From Vitrella brassicaformis CCMP3155 (lineage: Eukaryota; Protista; Chromerida), in NCBI GenBank assembly GCA_001179505.1, contig CDMY01000802.1, positions 186,001-250,000 of the forward strand: a stretch of 64,000 nucleotides of DNA, given 5' to 3'. Under the pieces are notes generated by a model. The model was not told where the DNA came from, ran no database searches, and worked only from the letters and a program-made list of their open reading frames with translations. Below, piece by piece: positions 1-13,331 of the stretch. Within the stretch, counting starts at the first letter, position 1. The number at the start of each line of letters is the position of its first letter. The position numbers and the translations under genes are program-made.

Positions 1-969
1 GCTCTGCTCATGACTCTTGATCTTCGCCACTGAGAAGCAGCAACAGACACACACACACATACATGCAGCAGAAACAAAGCATCATTCAAGAGCCATCTGC
101 AGTCTGCAGTGATGTGTGTGCGTCGTTCACACGCCACTTCGTCGATGATCAGCTCATCCGGCCCAGGGTACATCGATGTCAACACCTGAACAGACGTGCA
201 GCGGATGGCCAACTGTATCATTGCGTGTGTGCTTCGTTCATTGCAGGTGTGATGACTGACCTCAATCTCTTCGAGCTGTCGACGGCGGCATGAGCTGTGG
301 TCAGATCCTTCCTCCTGTCTTTTTTGAAGCCAAGCTTGCAGATGTGCCACAAAGCTCGCAGAGAAACAAGTTCGGGTGCTCCCTGAAACCGCTGCAACAA
401 GTTCCGTGAAACCGCTCTCTCTAACAAATTGCTGAAGAAGAAAGGAAGGCAACACGGAGCAGCACAGGAGAATTGCTGAGCAAGCCAAGGGTTGATGAAA
501 CATGGACGACAGGTAGATCCACACACTCACGCTGATCTCTGGGCTGCTGATCTTCCTTCTGATGTCACATTCTGCCCATTGCAGGCGCCATACGAATGCA
601 GATTCGCGTCGGCAGCCTCCATCGCGTGACGGTGCCGACCGTGCGTCCGACCGTACGTCGCAGCGGCCTTCGATGAATGCAACACAAGGACCAGTTGGGG
701 GATGGGAGGCGCTGAGTGGTAAGGAGCCGACAGTCAGTCACACGGCGGCAAGCATTGTGGTCTCGGTTTCCTCTTTCCTGTCAGCTCTTGGCGTCCCTCC
801 GAGTTGGATGAAGAGGTGGGACTCGCCATCGAGGCGAGGGCGGCCTCATGAAGCTGACGAGAGACCACGCGCGTCATCACCGCCACCACGAGAAGACAGC
901 CAGTCCGTGGGTCACAGACAGACAGACAGACAGACAGACAGATAGACGCACAAGTGCCCACTGAGATGA

Positions 970-1366
970 GAGCGATGTCCCTTTGTCAGCAGCCATCGAG
1001 GGCCTCACTCTCCTCCTCCCGCTCCCCAACTTGGTGCGAATGGTTTTGCCGAGGCCGCCCACAGGGCACTGACGACCGACAAGACACATGTGGCCATCGA
1101 TCTGGATGAGGGCCGCGACGGACGGGAGAGGGATGCGAGGGATGATGGGGGAGTGCGTGAGAGGCAGCTGCTGCAGGAGACTCTCGATGAGTCCATCCAG
1201 AAGGTTGATGATGGTCGATCCATGTGTGGCACCATGGTCGGTCATTCATGTGATGTCTGTGTGGTGGACAGCTTCGGTCGAGTGGCGCGCTCTCACGGAT
1301 GGCCAACCACTTAAACACCCTCATGAAGGTGAGGTGCCTAGAAACGAATCCAAAACGACTGCCCAC
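970..1366 (-). pseudogene. Fragment of a lineage-specific multicopy hypothetical gene (possibly F-box-like N-terminus)
   Basis: Protein-like stretches RHLTFMRVFKWLAIRESAPLDRS and TIINLLDGLIESLLQQLPL lie in different frames. No complete model or diagnostic motif. Confidence 0.2.
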
Positions 1367-1668
1367 TCAATCCGATGTGCTTTTCTTTCTCCTGCCTGCC
1401 TGCCTGCCTGGTCAGCGTCATGTGCCCGCGTCGGATGAGGCCGATCATGGCCCCTCGTCATCACCTCCCTCTATCGGTAATATGCCTGCACCTGCCCCCA
1501 GCCTAGCCCCCGTGACCATGACTCCTGCTTGTTGAGCAAGGCACGCGGCACCCAGAACAACGGCCGCAAAGGACACAGCAAACGTCGCTGCCTGTGAGCC
1601 AAACACACCACATGTGGACACCACCACGGCACATCAACTGAGTCATCCATGCATCATTGTCTTTGCAG

Positions 1669-4600
1669 GCATCGGCTGATCGGCGTGACACGCCGCCCGA
1701 TTTTTTTCGTCAGCGGATCGGCCACATCGACATGGGCTTCGCCGACGTGGCTCTGGGTCTTCCCTCTAGGGGTCGTCAGGAGGCCTGCTACATCGTGGAT
1801 CGTGTGATGGAGAAGGAACAGGGAGAGGACTTCCCTATGGTGAGAGAACAAGGAGAGGGAGAAGGGCGCCTGGGGCGTATGCGTATGTGTGTGTGGTCGT
1901 ATGGGTGTCAGGTTGAGCGGACGATTGGTTATGGTGCGCGAGGGCGGCAGATTCTCATCAACGTAAGAACTCACCACACATACGTACGTGCTGGCACACT
2001 GATTCACGCTTGACTGTGTCTGATGCGACTGACTGGCTGGTGTGACCTCACCTGGCCTGCCCTGCCCTCTTGTCTCACTGTCTGTCTGTCTGTAACCCTC
2101 CTTACACACATGGTCTGCTGTACGTGACGTGGTTCGTGTGTGATGGCTGCGTAAGAATCTCGAGGTCGACACTGTGGTGCGGGGATGGGTGGCCGCTTCC
2201 GACAGGTAACAAGCCAACACACCTGCACTGCACACACTGGATGACCGACCGGTGGAATAAGCGGCAAAGTAAACTGTGTCTGCTCTGTTGTATTCTTGCG
2301 AACCAGGGATAAGGACGCGATTGTGGTTCGCATCTATGCCGTTGAGGTCTACCCCCACGCAGCCACACTACAGCCATCGACCGCACGAGACGGTGAGGGA
2401 GGGAGCCCAGCACACTTCACTTGACACCACATGCAGTGCAGTGCACCATTGCCGTTCTTTGCACGCCCGGCATTCGCCCATCCATCCCTCCATTCGTCTG
2501 TCTGTCTGTCAGGTGACAGTGGTCAGATTCGTCGTCGCGTCCGGGAGTGGGATCTGGATCGCGGCGAGATGGGCGTATACGGACTCCTGCTGCTCGAAGG
2601 CATACACGCTAACGAGGTACGGTAGGTCGACAAAGGACGGTCGACATGCATCCCATGGCCCTCATCCGGTGCCTTTGTGCCTTCGTGTCCGTACAGTATG
2701 GCCTCGGTTGTCGTACGTCGAGTGGCAGCGGTGTGAGCAGCAAGTTCCTGCCGATTGGCACCGGGGTGCGGGCCGTGGTGCTGGGAGAGGGAGGAGAACG
2801 GTTGCTCAAAAAGGTGGGTACCGATCTGATGCACGCCAGCCGTTGTCGCGCAGCTCAGCGTGTGTGTGTGTGTGTGTGTGTTCAGCTTGGAGGCCACATG
2901 CTGCTGTCGCTCAAGGCGCCGCGGCACATGAGCGGCCCGACGGCCAGCATCGCGCTGCAGAAGCCGCTTGGCTTCACGTCCACACTCAAGGTGGACTCAC
3001 ACCACCTCATGCCAACAAGCGACGATATCAACTCAGACGGTATATACATACCTGTCGTCCGCATGGCCCTCCACACACATTGATGCACAAATGCTCTCAC
3101 TGATGTGTGTGCAGTACCTGAGGATCGCAACCGTGCGGGCGGCCGCGTGCTGCGGAGCCGCCTGGCCTACCTCCTCGCAGCTGACCCAAAGTAAGCCAAC
3201 GACCGTCACGCATTAATCATGCCCCATCATACATACATGTATGTATCGATTCACGTGTGTGGTTGGCTTGGCTTGGTTTGTGTAGGGTGTCGAATCCGAT
3301 GAGTCTGCGGTTCATGGCGGGCGAGGCGGGGCTCGTGGACCCATGCTTCACGCTCCTCGACCAAGACCCCAGACAAGTCGCCAAACCATCAATCGCTAAG
3401 ACGTGAGCAGGCTCCCACTATTCCTCGTCCCACCACACACACCACATATGACGTTTCTCTCTGCCGCTGTTTCGTTGTCTTTGTCTCAGGGTCACCCAGG
3501 AGCAGAGCCGTGTGTGGGCGGACCGTCGCGTACGTGAGGGTGTGAGCATAGCGCGGCGCGGCGACCACGTGCAGGCGATGGACTACTACAACACGGCCCT
3601 CGACCTCTGGCCCGACCACAAGGACGGCCTCATCGCACGGGGGGCGGCGCTGGCCAACCAGAACAAACTCAGAGAGGCCCTGGTCGACTTCGACAAGGCA
3701 CTCAGTAAGTGGGTGGCGGGAATGAGAAGGAGAGATGAGATGTGTGACGGATGCCTGATGACACACACGCCCTGTGTCGATCAGAGCTGTCGCCGACGAA
3801 CGCCAATGCCCTCAAGTACCGTGAGATGACGCAGAACCGGCTGCAGCAGAGGGATGGGCGGCCCACACAGGAGTCCCAGGGGCCCACAGGTACCTCCACA
3901 ATCACACCACACACCGCACGCCGTGATGCTGTCTTCCCTTCCCCCCATCTGTGTGTGTCTCTGTCGGTTCTATTCTCAGATGCGCGTGAAGGTCTAGTGT
4001 TTGAGTGGCGCGACAGCCAGCCGTCAGCCCGCCGCAGATCACACCGATCCCCCAGCCCACCACACACGCGCGATGAAGAAGATCGCGACAAGGACGACGA
4101 CAGAAACAAAGCGTCTCAACCAATAGAGGTACCCCTCCACTCCCCTCCCCTCTTTGTGTGTACTCTTACAGCATTTCGCGTGTCCCGTTGGTTGCTGGTC
4201 GGTCGATCAGGTGGTGTCTGACAGCTCTGAGTCGAGTGAGGACGAAAGACGGCGGAAGAAGCGGAAGAAAAAGAGGAAGAAGCGCAGAAGGGAGCGGGAG
4301 AGACAGCAGCAGGAGGCCGCCATGCCCTACGGCCCAGATCTGCCATCGGAGACCACCCCTGCACCACCAGCAGGAGGTGCATCAGCAGCAGATAGGGGGG
4401 CTGGTGGTGAGAGCCCTTTGTCTGATTCGAGCGACGACAGGGCGTCTCGGAAGCGCAAGGATCGCAAACGCAGCAAGAGGGGGAGGAAAGGTGGGTGCCG
4501 ACCTGACCCATAGGTGGATGGATGTGACCCATGTGCCTGTGGGTATGTGTGTATGTATGTGTGTGATTGGTCAGAGTCGTCTCGTCGTGACAAATCGTCA

Positions 4601-4684
4601 CGGAAGCGGCGCAAGAGGGAGGGCAGCCGCAGTAACAGCGAAAGCAAGATGTCCATCGACTCTTCGGCCGACATGGACAAATGA
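1669..4684 (+). CDS. TTC14: TTC14-like protein: S1-like region, TPR repeats, Lys/Arg/Ser-rich tail; multi-exon; 5' end uncertain (possible ATG at 1447)
   Basis: Spliced exons give VSNPMSLRFMAGEAGL, then VTQEQSRVWADRRVREGVSIARRGDHVQAMDYYNTALDLWPDHKDGLIARGAALANQNKLREALVDFDKAL..NANALKY. This parallels the TTC14 TPR block and its preceding segments. Basic tail RRKKRKKKRKKRRRE; stop TGA at 4682-4684. Confidence 0.7.
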
Positions 4685-4960
4685 TGTGATGGATCCATTG
4701 TATTGTTGCTGTCGGGCTGTGCGTGAGACCCTTTTGTGCGGCATGGCTGTGGTGGGTGGTGAGGGGGTCGTGTGCGTGCACAACCATGGACTGGACGGGG
4801 TGACGAGACCTTACACGGGGGGGAACACAATAAATCAACGCAATCAAGATGGCGTCAGTGGCTCCGTCTCAGAACAGACGTCATGGACACAGGCTAGGCT
4901 ACCGCTGCACGGAAGGCGAGTGGCACACACCAAACGGCGCCACACGTACGTCAGTCAGGA

Positions 4961-5772
4961 TTATAGCATCTGCAGCACCTCCAGCTCGTCAGCCACGAAG
5001 TTGAGCGAGCCGCCCAATACTGCAATGTCATCCTGCCTTTCTCCCGTGTAGCCCTCAGGCACTTCGGCGCTGGAGGTCCACTGATGGCAGCTGCGGATGT
5101 CCTCGGCCGGCCGGCCACTGCGACCACCATCGCCCAGATACAGATGCCCACCGATGAACACACTCGCCCCACCCACAGCTCCCTCCCTCCCAACCGCACC
5201 CGCCCACTGCTGCCGTTCGTCGTTGATCTCGATCTTGGTCGGCTTGGCGAAGTGGCCGGCCAATGAAAACCACCAGACACCACAGTCGTATACACTGCGG
5301 CTGGTCGGGTTCTGGGCTCGTGTAGGCCGCCGCTGATGAAGGCGCCGAAGACGTAGCGGCCCTTGCGGATGATGAACACCAGGCGCAGCTTGTCACCCAC
5401 ACACCGCAGCAGATCGTCATATCCCGTACCGTCACGCGATGCCCTGAGCTCCACCATGACACAAGGACGGACGCACACTTGACACGCCAGCCGCAGATGT
5501 GAGTGTACGTGTGTGTACCTGTAGATGAGCGTGAGTGACGCGCCGCCCAGCCACTTGGCGATGTGCGCCACATCCGACAGGCCGATGGAGCTCCCGCCGA
5601 TAGCCCAGGCACGGGCAGCCCTGGACAGCAAAGCAACACAGCGAGTGCCGTGCCCGCAGGGCCGTGTTGCATCTGTGAGTGTGTTCCTGGATGTGCCTGC
5701 AGAGCGGACAGACGCCATTGCGAGGGCCGTAGCCAATCCGCTGCACAACGCACTGAAGGAGAACCAGCACAC
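4961..5772 (-). pseudogene. TLDc-domain gene with a 1-nt frameshift; upstream exons unresolved
   Basis: LTLIYR|ASRDGTGYDDLLRCVGDKLRLVFIIRKGRYVFGAFISGG ... WWFSLAGHFAKPTKI ... LGGSLNFVADELEVLQ. At ~5313 it reads CCC-AG-AAC where the paralog at 7780 has CCC-GAG-AAC. Confidence 0.8.
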
Positions 5773-6731
5773 ATACAGTAGCTAACCGCCACGCATCCAG
5801 TGATGTGCTCCATCACTCACGTCCATACACAGTGAACAGCCTGACGGGACACAGAGGACACCACACACACACCAGCCGCCTCGGTGAAACGCTTGCGTGC
5901 CTTTCCCTTCGTCTGTGGCTGACCTTCTAGTGTGAGCATCTGTGACCCGCTTTGTTGGCTGCCCGGCGTGTCATCGCTAACACCACCACCACCACCACCT
6001 TCCTTTTTGCATAGGCCGCTGCACTTGGGCACGCCGGCAGAGGGAGTACTCGGGAGGCCGCAAATGCGGTTGCGCGTACACTGAAAATGGAACTTGTGAC
6101 CTGCAGTCATCGCTCAATGCACACTCAACTGCACTCGTAGTCGCTTTCGTTTATGGTATGGCTCACTGACCGCATGGCTGCGTGTCGTCGGCCTTGGCTG
6201 GTGATTTGCTATCAGTGACGGCAGCAGCAGAGGATGGTGAGGGCGCCATCGCCGCACGGGAACGAATCAAACACGCCTGCAGCGACAAACACACACAGAC
6301 AGGGACGGTGAATGGATAAGACTTCGAGACGAAGTATGGGTGTATCAGACAGTGCTGATTCTGACTCGTGAGGCTTCGTCGCAACAGATCTGGTGCTGAT
6401 CTCTTCACCAACTTACCTTCCTTCATTCTCAAGCTCGCAGATCCTCCGCGCCGAAAAAGGGAAAGGCGTACGGCGATTCGGCCGCATTCGTGGCAGCAGG
6501 AGGTCAGCTGAGGGCAGCAGGGGAGGCAATGGACGGTGTTGGCCATGAGGATTGGCTTTGCAGTGCAGAGCTGAGACTTTATGCTGCCGGAGCGTAGATA
6601 ATCGACAGGCCAGCCGATACAGTACTGAGAGGGAGGAGGGGTGCATAAGCTGCCTGCAGGTGAGGTTGCAATGACAACTGCACCATTCATTTGAATGGAT
6701 TTATTCACCGCTCGTTTGCTGCGTTGCAGAG

Positions 6732-8135
6732 ATGGCGGCTGTTGGTGTGCCCGAGTGCGGTGTGTGTCACGAGGAGTACCAGTCCCGTGGCGACAAGGCG
6801 CCGCTGACACTGACGGCATGCGGTGAGTGAGCGATGCATCCACAAACCTAACACACATGACGGGTCTCAGCGCGACTGTTCTGGTGTGTCAAACCGGATG
6901 TGCAGGCCATTCGGTTTGTTCGCAGTGCGCTAGAGAGCTCATCCGCCATCACCCACATGGCCGTCGCGCTGCCCGTTGCCCCACATGCAGGTAGGTGCAC
7001 ACACCCACACACATGGAGGCAATACGGGTGCGTTGATGTGATGACATCGATGCTCCTGTATATTTCTGTGTGTTGCTTCATCACATGATCGATCAGGGTG
7101 GACACCACAGAGGATGCCGTGCGCCCCACCTACTTGGCGCGAGAGTGTGTGGCGACTCTGCAGGCCCTGGCCATGGGAAGCTCTGTGCTGTCCACAATCA
7201 AGACGTGAGAAGGCAAAATCGACCCAATATTCCTATGTGATGCATTGCATTGCTGGCTGGCAATGATGTTTGGTGCAGGTGGGCTCTGTGGCTCGTCGGC
7301 TGGCTCGTGTTGACGCTGGTATGGGTGTCCACGCCCCTGGTGGCCGTGGTAGTCTTCGTGTCGGTGTGGGTGCGCGACCTCCTGTTGGCCACCTTCACGG
7401 ACCTGATGGGCATACGAGTTCCACCGGTACGCACGAATAGCACTTTTCATGTCTCGTGCAGTGGGTGGATCGCATGCCTCTCTGAATCCAGATTCGTCTG
7501 CCGGCTGGCACGTCGCTCTCACCTTCACAGTACGTCGCCCTCATCAACATGTTCTACGGCGACATCAAGCTAGAATCGATCTATCGGTACGCACTGGACA
7601 CATTCACGCGACCCCACTCCTGTCCTTACTCTCTGTCTGTGTGTGTGTATAGGTCATCGCGTGACGGCTCCACATATGGCAACCTGCTCGACCGTGTGGG
7701 CGACAAGCTGCTCCTCGTGTTCATCATTCGCAAAGGTCGCTACGTCTTCGGCGCCTTCATCAGCGGCGGCCTGGAGCTTCCCGAGAACCCGACTGACTGC
7801 AACGAGTACGACTGTGATGTGTGGTGGTTCTCATTGGCCGGCCACTTCTGGAGGCCCACCAAGATAGACATTCCCCAACAGAAGCAGCGTGTTATACGGT
7901 GGCGGGAGCGGAGGGGACTACCGGCTGTGCGAAGGTGTTTGTCGGTGGGTATCTGTCGCTGGGCTGGCCTGAGGGTGGCCGGCCTAATGCTGACATCCGC
8001 AGCTGCCTGCAGGCCATCGACAGCAGCGACGTGCCTGCGGGCTACTGGGGCAAGTGGACTGGATATGGCGATGCTTGTCTGGGTGGCAGAGATGGGTTTG
8101 TGGCCGACGAGGTCGAGGTGCTGGCTGTACAGTGA
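6732..8135 (+). CDS. RING-HC finger + transmembrane segment + TLDc domain; frameshift at ~7894 (pseudogene or assembly indel)
   Basis: Exons 1-2 splice to CGVC-HEEYQSRGDKAPLTLTA-CGH-SV-CSQC-x16-CPTC. Then hydrophobic WALWLVGWLVLTLVWVSTPLVAVVVFVSVW, then GTSLSPSQYVALINMFYGDIKLESIYR|SSRDG...FVADEVEVLAVQ*. Confidence 0.8.
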
Positions 8136-9508
8136 GCCCTCGTTTTCTGCGCTCCTTCATCCATATGGTCGGTGGCTGTCTGTCGATCTGCCTGCCAGCC
8201 TGCCTGCGATGCATCCGTTATCTGATATTTTCTTCGTTGCCTGCCTGGCTGCCTGCCTGCCTGCCCTGCCCCTCCTGCCTTTTTCTTTCCTGCCAGCCTT
8301 CATACGGAATGTGTCTCTACATGCCACTGGCGATTCGATGGATGCCACGGCACGGCTGTGGGTGCGTGTGACAGAGACGCTTACTTGAGTGAGTCCGCCG
8401 AGCAGTGTGCATCAGTCCATCCCCCCATGGTGTATACCGGCGGCGAAGGGCTGTGGTTTGGATGCGATGAATAGAGTAATTGCAGTGCGATGGGGCACAT
8501 GTGTGTGTGGCTGAGGTGGTGGATTGACACGTGTGTATGTATGTGGCTGAATGGTTGCGTGGCCTTGAAGCTTCAATGACATCGATCGGCAATGGTACGT
8601 GCATCAAGCAGGGGTTGAATCATGGTGTAAGTGGGACACTTTTCCCTGCGCAGCACCTCGATCAGGTGGGGGGCCTTGACGATGAGGTTTGGGTCCATGA
8701 TATACCATTGGCCAGTTTCTTCGCACGAGAGCACCTAGGTGAATGACGTGTATTACTCAATCAAGGGGTATGTATACAGTGTAATCTGTGCGTGTCCACT
8801 CGTTTGATGATCCGGTTTGGGGCAGCTCCGTTAAGGAACATCAACGGCCGTGTAAATTGGTTGTGTCCCGCGCTCTCACACCTGATCGAGGTGTGTCCTT
8901 CACATCCCTTGATCCAATGTGATGGGGGAGTGGGATGGGAAGGCGGCGGCATTGATGGATCTGCAGCAGGGGATGGAGAAGTTGAGTCTTGGCGAGCAGG
9001 GGAAGAGTGGTGGACCTGCTGAGCGGCCGTAGGGAGGTCACAAGTCGCCTCATCCCGGCGCGGATCTATCTTGATTAACACCGGTTTCATGCAGCACCCT
9101 AGACCCACAGATGGCGAGCCATGAAGCCTTACACCATGATCATACTTCACATGCCATCGTCAAGATCCATCAACCAACCAAGGTGTGTCCCGCGCTCTCA
9201 CACAGACACTCACACTCACACACGCACGCGCACTCATGGAGGGAGGCAGTCGGCGGCCGTGTATATGTATGTCTCTGTGGTCAAGGCTTGACACTCCCAC
9301 AGAGACACAGACACCACAGCCACCTCACATCCATCCATCGATCGATCCATCCATCCATCCATCCACTGCCGCACATGTCAGCCAGCCATCCCATTGCACG
9401 TCTGTATGCAGAGCTGCCCCTTCCTCTCCTGAAGCCTCACACCCGCCCCCTCACTTAATCATCAACGAGAGGCAGTGTGTATGGATCATGTGTATGTGTG
9501 TGGACGAT

Positions 9509-12500
9509 CTAGCCTGCCTTGGTGGCCTTGTCTTTCTTACCCTTTCCCTTGACCCCTCCTCCCTTGCTGCTGCTGGCGCGCGTGGGGCGCATCTCAACGG
9601 CAGATTTCTTGCCAGACACGACAACAAACCTCCTCTGAGCCGCCTCTCTGATCTCAGGCACTAAGGGGAATCGTGGCTTGCTGCCAGACAGAGAGACCGA
9701 CCGCAGAGAGGGGAAGAGAGAGAAGGCCTCGGCCACTGCGTCGGCCAACGAGCGACACATAGCCTTGCCTTCCTGCTCTGTCATACCATAATGCCCCCCT
9801 TCAAGTCGCGCATGCAGGCTGATCTCAATCCTACTGATCCGCCCCATGGTCTCCCTCCCCTCCCCTGCCTGCCCATACACGCTCCACTTGATCTCCCACC
9901 TCTCCTGTGCCGGATCGCGATCAAAGAAGAGGGGCCCGGGGAAATGCACATCGAACCCGACACCTACTGTGAGAGCCGTGGTGCCTTCAGCCGACAGAAA
10001 ACCGACGGCAGCAGGCACCAAACACAGACTAGCACGGCGACAGGTCGTCTGCGGCCCATTGGCAACACCCTTCCCGGCAACCCCCTCTATAGCAACCGAG
10101 CTAACATCCCTTCTGAAGGTGACACTCTCGAGTGAGGGCAGGTCCCCCAAGACAGTGCCCACGCCCCCATCGTAGAAGGCCATGCCCTCAAAATCCTGCC
10201 TGACCTCGACTGACTCGACGGCCGGGAAGAGGGAGGCGGGACTACCGATGACGTAGGGGGGGAGCGGCTGCGAAGCGCCTGATGGCCTGATTGTCAGCTT
10301 CTTGGCCTCGGTGCAGACAAGGTCGTCCAGGCCGGGGGCCTCCCTCACCGCACCCTGGCTCCCGTGGGGCTCGAGAGTGACCTCCCTGCTATGTGCGCAC
10401 AACAGCTGGAAGGTCGGGACGGCGCCACCCAGCTCAGCAGCGGTGCCTGTGATGGGGAGGCGGATGTGGGGCTTGTCTGGGATGGGGCCGCGGATGCCTT
10501 CGTAGCGGCGTTCGTCGTGGGTCGGCACTCGGTAGTAGTCCTCGGTGGCGTTGGGGGCTAGGCAGGAAGTGCGGATGCGGTGGAGATTCTGCGCGGATGA
10601 GGCAGACAAATGTGTGTATGAGAGTGAGTGAGATCAGCGGATGGCAACGTTGGCTCACTTACATACCTGTATGTCAGCTGCCGACTGGATCTCCCTAGGC
10701 CCCACACCCAGCTGCAGCCTCTGCAGGCGACTCGTGCTCATCATGTTGACGAATCGGTCGACGGTCGAGCTGAGAGGTGGGGGTTGAGGGTGGAGGTGAG
10801 AGAGCTGACGAGGGCGGGCATCGAGCTGAACACGTCCGGTGAGGGAAACCAGCGTCTCAGCTGAAATGAATGAGAGAGAGGAGAGTGGTGAATGAGTTCA
10901 TGCAATGTAGGATGGCTCCGTGTGCGTGCCGTCAAATGCATACCTGTCGGCGTGCCTCTGAGAGCCTCGACGACGGCATGCAGGGTTACGTCATCCTCAG
11001 CGTGGGCAACAACGTCCTAATGCACACGCAGCATGCAAGCGACGACTGTATTCATCATGCCACTTATCTGTCGCTCTCTCTGTCGCACCTCGTCATGTGT
11101 GATGTGCAGCGATGCGACCCCAGCCGACGCCCGGCGAATGAACAACAGAGGCCCAAAATAGCCCAGACTCACCGCATTCAACTCCTTCAACGCCTGAAGA
11201 CATATGCAAAGCGAGACCGACTGATAGAGACTGCCAGATGGTTGGAAGGTATGCCCACCGGCAGCGTGTAGTTGCGATCGCCAGCTATGCGGCCCCATGC
11301 GTTGTAGATGGTGGCCTTTCGGAGGCGTGGGAACACCACTGGGGCCGTGCTGGATGGCAGCTCGACCTTGGTGACCTTTCCCCTCCTCATGGCCTTGACC
11401 AGCCTCCGCTGCGCCAACTTGCCCCTCTGGTGCCGCCCCCTCTTGGCGTCGGTGCGGGTGATCTCCTGCTGGCTGGGCGCCGACCCCTGTAGTGTGAGGG
11501 TGACGATGGTGGCGGAGAGGGCCTCCAGCAGACGCACCATCGCCGCACACGGGCTGTGACGCACACGCAACTCGCGACACGCAGACAACCGCTCTGAAAG
11601 TGGCCGGCATCAGAAGGGAACACGTAGAGGTGTATTCGCTTCCGTCCCTTGCTGCTGTCACCTTGGAGTAGGTCGATGCTGTCGTCAGGAGGTGGTGTCT
11701 TGACCTCTACGATGTGGTGCATGGCGCTGTTGGACGTCAGGGCGCGAAGTGCATGCTCGCACATGACAGGGACGCCATGCACGACACGAAGCCAAGGTAG
11801 CTGCCCAGCCCTGCAAACAGAGAGAAACGAATGGACAGCATCGGTGAGAGGCTTCTCGGTCTCATGTGTGGGCTGTGGTTCCGTACCGATGCGGTCGTCA
11901 TCACTGAGCCACAGGCCCTCGGGCAGCCCCTCCAGACACGCAAGCTCACCCTGTCAAGATGACAATAATCATAAACACATCACGATGCCCTGTATATCTT
12001 ACCTGCTCAGGTTGGTTGATTTTGTTGATGCCGTCTTCGATGATGTCGAGCTTCTCGACCGTCTGGTTGAGCTGCGCCGTGGCCGTCCCCTTGGCGTTGT
12101 CGATCTGCATCTTGGTGTTGCGCATGACCATACTCGTCCACACACGACACTGACGCTCGACAACCTGAATGCATTCGCCACACATCCACACACAACACAC
12201 AGCACCCATGCAATTGTGTGTCTTGCCCATGTGTGTGTATTGGCGTGGTGCATCTGCAGTCGGTTGTGTTCTACGTCTGTGTTGGGGGGCGGGAGGGCAT
12301 TCTTGGCCTCAAACACCTGACGGGCCTGGAGAATGCAGAGATACAGCACGACAAGTGGATGGTGGCATGGTATAACACGGCGAGTGCTGTCTTCATCCTT
12401 CTGTCACCTTTCCCCACCTTGGCTTCCGTCTGGTCGAGTCTTTGGATGAGTATGTGCAGCTCCTCGCGCATCGTGTTGAGCGCCGCCAATGCATCCTCCG

Positions 12501-13039
12501 GCTCCTTCTCAGCAACATCCTGCACCAACAGAGAAACAACAGAGAAGAAATGGGCCACCAAATCGAGGGCACATATCACTCCTCACCTCCATATCTACGT
12601 CACCATCTACGCCGCCCTCGCCGTTCTCCCCCTCCTCACACTGATCTCCCTCCTCCCCAGTGGCCGTGGCCTTGGCTTTGGCCCTACCCCTCCCCTGAGC
12701 CTTAGCCTTAGCCTTAGCCTTAACCGCACCCCTCTTGGCCACCGCCACACCAGCTGCCCTGCCGTTGGCGTCGAGCCGCTGCTTCTTCTTAGCGGCGGCG
12801 CCCCTCTTGCCCCTCGCTATGTCCTCCCAGTCAGATCCCTCCTCCGATGAGCTGCTGACGTTCTCAGCCATGGCCTCATCCTCACCCTCACTCTCATCCT
12901 CCTCGCCATCGTCGTCCACATGGTCCATCGGCTGGTCACCGCCGTCGTCATCGGCAGGGCGTTTGTTTCGATGGCGTTTGTGTGGTGCCGATGCGGCCGC
13001 TGCAGCTATAGCCGCCTTGCGCGGCGGACGCGTATCCAT
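9509..13039 (-). CDS. Lineage-specific protein A: acidic/basic N-terminus, coiled coil, F-box-like segment, LRR-like body; 1-nt frameshift at ~11747
   Basis: Exon-by-exon similarity to the paralog at 30983-34364: LEGLPEGLWLSDDDRIG vs LLNLPEFLWMSDDERIG; CLAPNATEDY vs CLAPNATETY; FYDGGVGTVL vs FYDGGVGSIL. The F-box/LRR label is inferred from Leu spacing. Confidence 0.65.
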
Positions 13040-13331
13040 CAGACTACTCTGGGGAGAACACAGATTTACAAATGGCTTGGATTCCCCTTGAGACCCCAAC
13101 GAAGGCAGATCAGCTCAAAGAAAACGCTCTACTACGTGACAACTGCAATGGTGACAACAGCTCCATGGATGGGGAAAATGAAGGAGAATCAATGCATTCG
13201 ATGCCGTCACATTGGGATCCGAGCCGTGCAGTCATTCCCTCCCTGTCTATGTAGAAGTGTGGGTAGATACACACATCCCCAGACATGCATACCACCCCTT
13301 CCCCCCTCCGTGTGTCCATCCACTCAGTCAT

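Noticed and set aside
1-560. Possible kinase-family fragment (ELIIDEVA resembles EYLIIDEMAG at ~29150)
   Set aside because: The match is too short and truncated by the window edge; no catalytic motif is visible.
5800-6700. Orphan minus-strand exon-like blocks upstream of the first TLDc gene
   Set aside because: I could not splice them into a consistent stop-free frame or recognise any domain.
5300-11760. Programmed ribosomal frameshifting at the three 1-nt lesions
   Set aside because: No shared slippery heptamer; paralog comparison shows plain single-base losses.
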